Assembly (NCBI GenBank): GCA_045654885.1
Contig: JAZOOF010000049.1
Coordinates: 658 to 64,657 of the forward strand
Direction: 5' to 3'
DNA length: 64,000 nucleotides
Source: Bacteroidaceae bacterium
GTDB taxonomy: Bacteria > Bacteroidota > Bacteroidia > Bacteroidales > Bacteroidaceae
The notes beneath the pieces were generated by a model. That model saw nothing but the letters and a program-made list of their open reading frames with translations, did not search any database and had not been told where the DNA came from. The number at the start of each line of letters is the position of its first letter. Position 1 is the stretch's first letter. Of this stretch, positions 57,341 through 64,000 are shown in pieces. The position numbers were made by a program, and so were the translations under genes.

Positions 57341-57895
57341 TTAATCGGCTTTGCTTAAATATTCCTCAATTTTCTTCACTGCTATGTGATACGATGCCTT
57401 CAATGCACCCACGCTGGTGTCAAGTATGGCCGAAATCTCCTCGTATTTCATCTCCTCATAATATTTCATGTTGAATACAAGACGTTGTTTCTGGGGCAGC
57501 CGGGCAATGGCCTCCTGCAGCATCGCATCGGCTCTGTCGCCGTTGAAGAATATGTCGCTCTCCAGTTGCTCGGCAATGGCTCCCTCGGGTGTGTCCAACG
57601 AAATCAGCGTTCCCCGGTTCCTGTTCAGAAAAGTGAGAGTCTCGTTTATTGCAATGCGGTATAGCCATGTCGAAATCCTCGATTTTCCCTGGAACGTGCC
57701 TATGTTCATCCATGCCTTTATAAACGTGTTCTGCACAATGTCGTCGGCATCGTCGTGCGCCAGTACCATGCGTCTGATGTGCCGGTAAATCTCCTCGCTG
57801 TACTCCTTTACAATGGCAGAGAATGCCGCAGCCCTAAGGTTTTCGTCCTTGAGCTGTGCTACTATTCTCTCTTCATTGTATTCCTTGCCTGGCAC
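57341..57895 (-). CDS. ECF-type RNA polymerase sigma factor
   Basis: Region 2 (DADDIVQNTFIKAW...STWLYRIAINE) and region 4 (YEEISAILDTSVGALKASYHIAVKK). Confidence 0.88.
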   Translation of the reverse strand: MPGKEYNEERIVAQLKDENLRAAAFSAIVKEYSEEIYRHIRRMVLAHDDADDIVQNTFIKAWMNIGTFQGKSRISTWLYRIAINETLTFLNRNRGTLISLDTPEGAIAEQLESDIFFNGDRADAMLQEAIARLPQKQRLVFNMKYYEEMKYEEISAILDTSVGALKASYHIAVKKIEEYLSKAD

Positions 57896-58003
57896 TGTAT
57901 AGTATGTTTTTCTTTTGACTGAAAAAATGTCCGAAGGTTTAGATGCTGTTTGAACTTCCTTCGAAAATAAGTTTACATTGTGTACTGAAATTTGAACAGT
58001 CTC

Positions 58004-58918
58004 TTAATCTATGCAGAATGTGTCGCCCTCGTTGACGGCTGTTGTTTCAGGGAAAATCTCCCGTGCCTCCTCCTGCAGCGTATCGGGGGTATCGTAGCGC
58101 GATGAGTAGTGCCCGATGAGCAGTCTCTTTGCCCCGGCATCCTTTGCAACCTGCGCAGCCTGTCGTGCCGTGCTGTGCATGGTCTGTGCGGCACGTTCCT
58201 TTTCGCTGTCGGCAAATGTGGCTTCGTGATAAAGCAGGTCTACATCTTTCAGCTGCATGCTGTTGTCGCAGGGGGCGGTGTCGCTGCAGTAGGCATAGCT
58301 GCGTGAGCGGTCGGCATCCTTTGTTAGCCTGCTGTTGGGGATTGTCTCGCCATCCGGGGTGGTATAGTCTGCACCCTCCTTTATTGCCTGGCGCATGTAG
58401 GTGGGTATATTGTAGAAATTTACCATATCACCTATAAGGTGACGCTGCTTTGGTTTTTCGCGGAACAGGAAACCGCAGCATGGCATGCGGTGCTTCAGCG
58501 GAATGGTCTCCACTGTTATTGTGTTGTCCTCGAAGATTATCTGCTGCCTTGCCGCGTCTATGCTATGGAAAAAGAGCGGGTAGTTCATGCCCTTGCAGAA
58601 GAAGTCTATCTGCGGCTTCATCACCTCTTCGAGATTATGGTCGGCATATATATGCAGTGGGGCAGTGCGCCCAAGCAGTGCGAATGTCGATATCAGGCCA
58701 ATGAGCCCGAAACAGTGGTCGCCGTGCAGGTGCGAAATGAAGATGTGGTTTATGAACGAGAAGTGTATGTGCTGTCTGCGAAGTTGCAGCTGTGTGCCTT
58801 CGCCGCAGTCAATCATGAACTGCTTGTTCCCAATTTTCACAACCTGTGCCGTGGCATTGTGTCTTGTTGTGGGTAATGCAGAACCACAACCTAAAATGTG
58901 TATCTCAAATGGTTCCAT
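58004..58918 (-). CDS. rnz: Ribonuclease Z
   Basis: Metallo-beta-lactamase motif ISHLHGDHCFGL and LGCGSALPT at the N-terminus. Confidence 0.9.
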   Translation of the reverse strand: MEPFEIHILGCGSALPTTRHNATAQVVKIGNKQFMIDCGEGTQLQLRRQHIHFSFINHIFISHLHGDHCFGLIGLISTFALLGRTAPLHIYADHNLEEVMKPQIDFFCKGMNYPLFFHSIDAARQQIIFEDNTITVETIPLKHRMPCCGFLFREKPKQRHLIGDMVNFYNIPTYMRQAIKEGADYTTPDGETIPNSRLTKDADRSRSYAYCSDTAPCDNSMQLKDVDLLYHEATFADSEKERAAQTMHSTARQAAQVAKDAGAKRLLIGHYSSRYDTPDTLQEEAREIFPETTAVNEGDTFCID

Positions 58919-58984
58919 AGTGTGGCAAATTTACTTATTAGAGCGCTAAAAAGCAAATAGTCTATCACTATTTGAAATAAAAAA

Positions 58985-59014
58985 GTTAAGGCTGTCCATG
59001 CGGACAGCCTTAAC
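58985..59014 (-). terminator. Intrinsic terminator after rpsA
   Basis: gttaaggctgtcc-atgc-ggacagccttaac followed by T6 on the minus strand. Confidence 0.75.
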
Positions 59015-59040
59015 CGTAGATATTGTGTGAATCAATTCAA

Positions 59041-60837
59041 TTATTCACCTTTACCCTCGAGCTTGCTCTTGAGAGCAGCAAGTGCGTCGATGTCGCCGAG
59101 AGTTGTTGAAGCAGCCTGGTTCTGGATTGCAGGAGCTGCCTCCTCTGCCTTCTTGCTCTTGCGAGCTGCAGCAGCGGCCTTCTTCTCTGCCTTCTCCTCC
59201 TCCTTGGCTGCATCCTCGAAGATGCGGCTGTGAGAAAGGATGATGCGCTTAGCCTCCTTGTTGAACTCGATTACCTTGAATGACAACTTCTCCTCTGCAG
59301 CAGCCTGTGTGCCATCCTCCTTAACGAGGTGCTTTGGAGTAGCGAAGCCCTCAACACCGTAAGGCAATGAAACAACTGCGCCCTTGTCGATGAGCTCTGT
59401 GATAACACCCTCGTGGATTGAACCAACAGTGAACACTGTCTCGAATACATCCCATGGGTTCTCCTCCAAGTGCTTGTGGCCGAGGCTCAAGCGGCGGTTC
59501 TCCTTGTCGATTTCCAATACCTGAACATCGATAGCCTCGCCAATCTGTGTGAACTCAGATGGGTGCTTAACCTTCTTTGTCCAAGAGAGGTCGCTGATGT
59601 GGATAAGGCCGTCAACACCCTCCTCAATCTCAACGAAGATACCGAAGTTAGTGAAGTTGCGAACCTTAGCAGTGTGCTTTGAACCGATAGGATACTTCTC
59701 CTCGATGCTTGCCCATGGATCCTCCTTGAGCTGCTTGATACCGAGTGACATCTTACGCTCGTCGCGGTCGAGTGTGAGGATAACTGCCTCTACCTCTTCG
59801 CCAACCTTCATGAAGTCCTGAGCTGAACGCAAGTGCTGGTTCCAAGACATCTCTGAAACGTGGATAAGACCCTCAACGCCTGGAGCAATCTCAATGAATG
59901 CACCGTAGTCGGCCATAACAACAACCTTACCCTTAACTACGTCGCCTACCTTGAGGTCAGCGTCGATAGCATCCCATGGGTGTGGAGTGAGCTGCTTCAA
60001 GCCGAGAGCAATGCGCTTCTTCTCATCATCGAAGTCGATGATAACGACATTGATCTTCTGGTCGAGAGTTACAACCTCTGTAGGATCGTTTACGCGGCCC
60101 CAAGAGAGGTCTGTGATGTGGATAAGACCGTCAACACCACCGAGGTCGATGAATACACCGTAAGAAGTGATGTTCTTGACTGTACCCTCAAGTACCTGAC
60201 CCTTCTCGAGTGTGCTGATAATCTTCTTCTTCTGCTCCTCAAGCTCAGCCTCGATGAGAGCCTTGTGAGAAACGACAACGTTCTTGAATTCCTGGTTAAT
60301 CTTAACGATTTTGAAGTCTTCTGTCTGGCCAACGTATGCATCGTAGTCACGGATAGGCTTAACGTCAATCTGTGAACCTGGCAAGAATGCCTCGATACCG
60401 AATACGTCAACAATCATACCGCCCTTAGTGCGGCACTTGATGTAGCCACGTACAACTGCCTGCTCTTCCATAGCCTTGTTTACAAGCTCCCAAGAACGGC
60501 TTGCGCGTGCTTTCTTGTGTGAAAGGCTCAACTGACCCTTCTTGTCCTCCAAGTTCTCGATGTAAACCTCAACCTGGTCACCTACCTTAAGGTCTGGGTT
60601 GTAGCGGAACTCGCTGATGGGGATGATAGCGTCCTGCTTGTAGTTGATGTCTACAATAACTTCACGCTTGTTGATACCGATAACGGTACCCATTACTACT
60701 TCGCGGCTTGATACCTTGTTGAGTGTGCCGTCATAGGCCTGCTCAAGCTGCTCGTGTGAAAGGCCTGAGATGTTCTCGCCTCTCTCGTACGACTCCCAAT
60801 TAAAATCGGGCATACCTGTTAGAATTTCGTTGCTCAT
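59041..60837 (-). CDS. rpsA: 30S ribosomal protein S1
   Basis: 598 aa with six S1 (OB) repeats, and a Lys/Ala/Glu-rich tail. Confidence 0.97.
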   Translation of the reverse strand: MSNEILTGMPDFNWESYERGENISGLSHEQLEQAYDGTLNKVSSREVVMGTVIGINKREVIVDINYKQDAIIPISEFRYNPDLKVGDQVEVYIENLEDKKGQLSLSHKKARASRSWELVNKAMEEQAVVRGYIKCRTKGGMIVDVFGIEAFLPGSQIDVKPIRDYDAYVGQTEDFKIVKINQEFKNVVVSHKALIEAELEEQKKKIISTLEKGQVLEGTVKNITSYGVFIDLGGVDGLIHITDLSWGRVNDPTEVVTLDQKINVVIIDFDDEKKRIALGLKQLTPHPWDAIDADLKVGDVVKGKVVVMADYGAFIEIAPGVEGLIHVSEMSWNQHLRSAQDFMKVGEEVEAVILTLDRDERKMSLGIKQLKEDPWASIEEKYPIGSKHTAKVRNFTNFGIFVEIEEGVDGLIHISDLSWTKKVKHPSEFTQIGEAIDVQVLEIDKENRRLSLGHKHLEENPWDVFETVFTVGSIHEGVITELIDKGAVVSLPYGVEGFATPKHLVKEDGTQAAAEEKLSFKVIEFNKEAKRIILSHSRIFEDAAKEEEKAEKKAAAAARKSKKAEEAAPAIQNQAASTTLGDIDALAALKSKLEGKGE

Positions 60838-61058
60838 AATTTTTTAAAAGTTAATGAGTTAGACATTATATTGATAGAATTCGGCCGCAAAGGTACAACT
60901 TTTTTGTCAAATACGGGCATTTTGCGCTCTGTTTTTTGTTATTTTTTTTAAAATATAGCTCTTTGTGCCAATCTTCTCTTTTTCTTTTGAAAAATATCCA
61001 TACATTTGCGTAAATAAACTGTTTTATTTGTTGACCTTTATAATAAATAGGAGATATT

Positions 61059-61682
61059 ATGGAAATTTTTTCGGCTTTCAACACGGTGGAGTTCCTCAGC
61101 GCCTTCATTGTGCTCTTTGCAGTAATTGACCCCATTGGCATCATGCCCATTGTGCTTTCAATCCGTGACAAGGGAAAGATAATTGACCCTGGAAAGGCTG
61201 TCTTCTACGCCTTCTCCCTCATGTTGATATTCTTCTTCGTGGGCGATTGGATACTGAACCTCTTTGGAGTCGACATAAACTCCTTTGCCGTTGCCGGTGC
61301 GCTCATCATATTCCTCATGGCCATTGAGATGGTGCTTGACATCGAAATTTTCAAGGACTCCTCCATTGCGGCAAACAATGCCACAATGGTTCCGCTGGTG
61401 TTCCCGCTGCTTGCAGGTGCCGGTTCGTTTACAACACTTCTCTCGTTGAAGGCCGAGTATGCAGGCATCAACATCCTCATTGCCCTGCTTGTCAATGCGG
61501 TGGTAGTGTTCATCATGCTCAGCGCTACAGCCCATCTGCAGCGTATGCTGGGCAAGGGCGGTATCTACTTCACACGCAAGTTCTTCGGTATAATCCTGCT
61601 TGCAATCTCGGTCAAGCTCTTTACCTCGAACCTTCTGCACTTTATAAATATGGTAAGTTCCACAACAATGGCCGAGGGGTAA
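61059..61682 (+). CDS. MarC family (UPF0056) integral membrane protein
   Basis: 207 aa, 6 TM, with an N-terminal FAVIDPIG(IM)PIV motif. Confidence 0.85.
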   Translation: MEIFSAFNTVEFLSAFIVLFAVIDPIGIMPIVLSIRDKGKIIDPGKAVFYAFSLMLIFFFVGDWILNLFGVDINSFAVAGALIIFLMAIEMVLDIEIFKDSSIAANNATMVPLVFPLLAGAGSFTTLLSLKAEYAGINILIALLVNAVVVFIMLSATAHLQRMLGKGGIYFTRKFFGIILLAISVKLFTSNLLHFINMVSSTTMAEG

Positions 61683-61708
61683 ATTCTCTCTTTGTGATAT
61701 AAAACTAC

Positions 61709-61748
61709 AGCCGTGGTCGACATGTCGACCACGGCTATCGTTTTTTTT
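61709..61748. terminator. Bidirectional terminator between marC-like and apbE
   Basis: Perfect palindrome agccgtggtcgac-at-gtcgaccacggct followed by T8. Confidence 0.75.
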
Positions 61749-61759
61749 ATGAATGTTTC

Positions 61760-62755
61760 TTAGAATCCCTCTGTTGCATAGGTCTGCAGCGCGCCGTCCT
61801 CATTGCTGTATATGAAGAACGCTTCAATGCTGTCCCTCCTGCACTGCTCAATGGCCTTTTCAAGCCCCATTACCATGAACGATGTTGCATAGGCATCGGC
61901 CTTGGCGCAGTTCTTGGCAATCACCGTTGCGCTCAACAGCGAGTGCTGCACGGGGTAGCCTGTGCGCGGGTCAATGGTGTGGGCATACTTCTTCCCGTTC
62001 TCAATGCGGAAATTGCGGTAGTTGCCCGATGTTGCCATGGCCTTGCCGCTTATGGCAATGATTCTCTGGTGTGCGTTGTGGCTGCCTGTGGTGTTCTCTG
62101 TCGGCTTGCTTATGCTGATGTTCCAGTCCGTGCCACGGTCATTCACACCCTTTGTCACCACTTCGCCGCCAATCTCAATCATATAATCGGCGATGTTCCT
62201 GCTGTCGAGCATGCGTGCCACCATGTCACAACCGTAACCCTTGGCTATGGCACCACAGTCCAGCATTGTACCGGGGTTCTCTTTTACAACCTTGCCGTCA
62301 ACCAACGCTACGGTGGTGTAGCCCACCTTGCTGCGTAACTCTTCAACTGTTGCGCTATCGGGCAGTTCGCCTTTCTTGAAACCGAAGCCCCATGCGTTCA
62401 CAAGCGGTGCCACTGTGATGTCGAATGCACCGTCGGTCTTTGCCGAAATCTCCTGCGCAAGGTTGAACACTTCGGTGAACATCTCGTTTGCTGTGGTGTC
62501 CCTGTTGCTGTTGAAAGCGCTAATTATGGAGTGCCTGTTGAACATTGACAGCGAGTTGTCCACCTGCAACAGTGTGCCCTTTATCTTCTCGTTCAAATCC
62601 TCAACGCTCTTGTATTTGATGTTGTACTGTGTACCGAAGATGTATCCGCTGTTGGTTGTGTACACCTCGGAAGTGTGATTCCTTAAAATGTAGAATGTGC
62701 CTACAATAAGGAAAAGCAGGAATACTATCTTTACTTTGCTCAATTTACCGTTCAT
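61760..62755 (-). CDS. apbE: FAD:protein FMN transferase (ApbE family)
   Basis: 331 aa with an N-terminal anchor. GAFDITV, AKGY..D and TSGNY motifs. Confidence 0.9.
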   Translation of the reverse strand: MNGKLSKVKIVFLLFLIVGTFYILRNHTSEVYTTNSGYIFGTQYNIKYKSVEDLNEKIKGTLLQVDNSLSMFNRHSIISAFNSNRDTTANEMFTEVFNLAQEISAKTDGAFDITVAPLVNAWGFGFKKGELPDSATVEELRSKVGYTTVALVDGKVVKENPGTMLDCGAIAKGYGCDMVARMLDSRNIADYMIEIGGEVVTKGVNDRGTDWNISISKPTENTTGSHNAHQRIIAISGKAMATSGNYRNFRIENGKKYAHTIDPRTGYPVQHSLLSATVIAKNCAKADAYATSFMVMGLEKAIEQCRRDSIEAFFIYSNEDGALQTYATEGF

Positions 62756-63021
62756 TTCTTTATATAAATATTAAAAATTTTAGCAGCAATATAACTGTAA
62801 ATATGTGGCTAGTTCTCTTTGCGAGCTTCTCATTCTGACGTTAGGAAGAATCTAAAGTACGTATTGTGTATGTGTCATATCGACCGTAGTGGAGATATCT
62901 TAGCGTTTTAATCGCACTTCGTGCGCTTGAACCTCGGCTGCACTCGCAGTAAAATGCTAAAGCGAGCTTTGCATTTTGCTCGTTTACACGAGCTTTACGC
63001 TTTCACCTTTCACCTTTCCCC

Positions 63022-63726
63022 TTATTTTATAGGAATATCATATGTCAGGTTATACGTGCCGCCAAAGCGGGTGCTTTGGTTTATTCCATAGCCCGGTATG
63101 TACCACATCTTTGAGTTCTCGCCCACCTTTTCGTTCATTCTCACCTTGTAGCGCACGCTCCAGCCCATCTTGAATCCCTTTGCAATCTCCACCTTTATTC
63201 CGGCACCAATCTCGCCCCACAGGCATGCACCATCAACACCCTTCAGGTCAAGCGCAACCTCTCCACCCCAAACGGGGTCGGTTATGGGCGGTGTTGCAAC
63301 GTCGTACTTGAAACCGGTCCATCCAATGCGCACCAGTCCATAAATGTAGTGCTTTGGGTTGGGGTTGTCCTTTTTTGTGAGGAAATTGTAGTTGAAGCCG
63401 GCTCTGTAGTATGGCGCATTAGTGCGGTATTTTATGCCGCTGCTCTCGTCGGTGGTGTTGCACCATGCCCATCCGAACTCGGCAATGGGGTAGAGGCGGT
63501 TGCCAAAATTCAGTTCGGCAGCAACCTCGGTGCTTATCCCTTCGCCAATGAGTGACTGTGCACAACCGAATATGTCGGCCGAGAAGCCAAACCCCTTGAA
63601 TGCCAAAAACTCTCCAAGGTTCACCTTCTCCCTTTTCTCCTTTTTGTCCTGTGCAACGGTGTCAAGCGGCGAAAACAACAGTATGCTACTCAGTAAAATA
63701 TAACTTAATATTCTCATTATTGTCAA
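63022..63726 (-). CDS. Putative outer-membrane beta-barrel protein (possibly DUF6048 family)
   Basis: Signal peptide, alternating hydrophobic beta-strand pattern, aromatic-rich. The family name is from memory only. Confidence 0.45.
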   Translation of the reverse strand: MTIMRILSYILLSSILLFSPLDTVAQDKKEKREKVNLGEFLAFKGFGFSADIFGCAQSLIGEGISTEVAAELNFGNRLYPIAEFGWAWCNTTDESSGIKYRTNAPYYRAGFNYNFLTKKDNPNPKHYIYGLVRIGWTGFKYDVATPPITDPVWGGEVALDLKGVDGACLWGEIGAGIKVEIAKGFKMGWSVRYKVRMNEKVGENSKMWYIPGYGINQSTRFGGTYNLTYDIPIK

Positions 63727-64000
63727 AGTTGACGTTGGTCTCGTTCACTGCCAACGAATCAATTATAACATTTGTGGATGTGGTGGCTGTGAGCCTGTGG
63801 TGCATTATCACACCGCACTCCATAGACTGGTAGATGGGTATGTTGCTGTGCCCTATGTACAGCGTGTCGCTGTAACGGTCAAGGAAGTCCATTATCACCG
63901 TGTCGCAGGTGGCGGTGTAGCTCATTGGCAACTTAATCTCCTTGGCATTGGTAACATGGTTTACAACAATGCAGCTTTCTCCGTTTACCATCATGGACAC
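63686..64000 (-). CDS. Hypothetical protein, C-terminal part (runs off the window)
   Basis: The ORF is open to the window edge and overlaps the downstream gene's start by about 40 nt. No family recognised. Confidence 0.35.
   Translation of the reverse strand: MSMMVNGESCIVVNHVTNAKEIKLPMSYTATCDTVIMDFLDRYSDTLYIGHSNIPIYQSMECGVIMHHRLTATTSTNVIIDSLAVNETNVNFDNNENIKLYFTE

Noticed and set aside
1-64000. tRNA or rRNA genes in intergenic regions
   Set aside because: No T-loop-like GGTTCGAATCC-type motifs or rRNA-like stretches were seen in any intergenic region above 100 nt. A tRNAscan/Infernal run would be needed for certainty.

Overview
This is a 64 kb chromosomal window from a Bacteroidota, probably Bacteroidales. 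Evidence for the taxon: a SusC/SusD pair, TAnnTTTG-type -7 promoter motifs, lipoprotein signal peptides, and characteristic GC-rich palindromic intergenic elements. Most of the window is ordinary housekeeping DNA: smpB, metH, ilvA, ridA, ilvC, upp, comF, recX, prmC, pgi, gpsA, lysS, valS, mazG, rnz, rpsA and apbE. I saw no rRNA, tRNA, CRISPR array, integrase or transposase.

The outstanding region is a same-strand accessory gene cluster at about 25.8-36.1 kb. Its core (about 27.0-36.1 kb) is markedly AT-rich: sampled 60-nt lines are 32-35% GC, versus 52-62% in flanking genes. In transcription order it encodes:
- an 842-aa membrane protein with a CASTOR/POLLUX-like pore motif, two Rossmann/RCK-like modules and a RyR-like C-terminus;
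- an ECF-type sigma factor;
- a TM-less anti-sigma-like protein fused to a C39/papain-like peptidase, a RyR domain and a zinc ribbon;
- a small orphan protein;
- a 500-aa TIR protein;
- a PrsW intramembrane protease;
- a TIR-TM-helical-PDZ protein;
- a stand-alone RyR-domain protein;
- a PP2C phosphatase, followed by CreD.

No partner gene of a described TIR system is present (no SIR2/SLOG ThsA, CD-NTase, pAgo or STAND NTPase). I therefore propose this as a candidate undescribed TIR/RyR-based conflict or envelope-signalling system.

Other notable items:
- two or three tandem tiny ORFs sharing an N[YF][LW]CPTGMxP motif, downstream of a SusCD-Crp module;
- a 6.5-copy, roughly 100-bp tandem array of a palindromic REP-like element;
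- a 157-bp element flanked by inverted repeats;
- a radical SAM plus Cys-rich small-protein pair;
- a TonB-receptor, OB-fold lipoprotein and nuclease neighbourhood suggestive of extracellular nucleic-acid scavenging.

All functional calls come from reading the translated ORFs by eye. No database searches were run.
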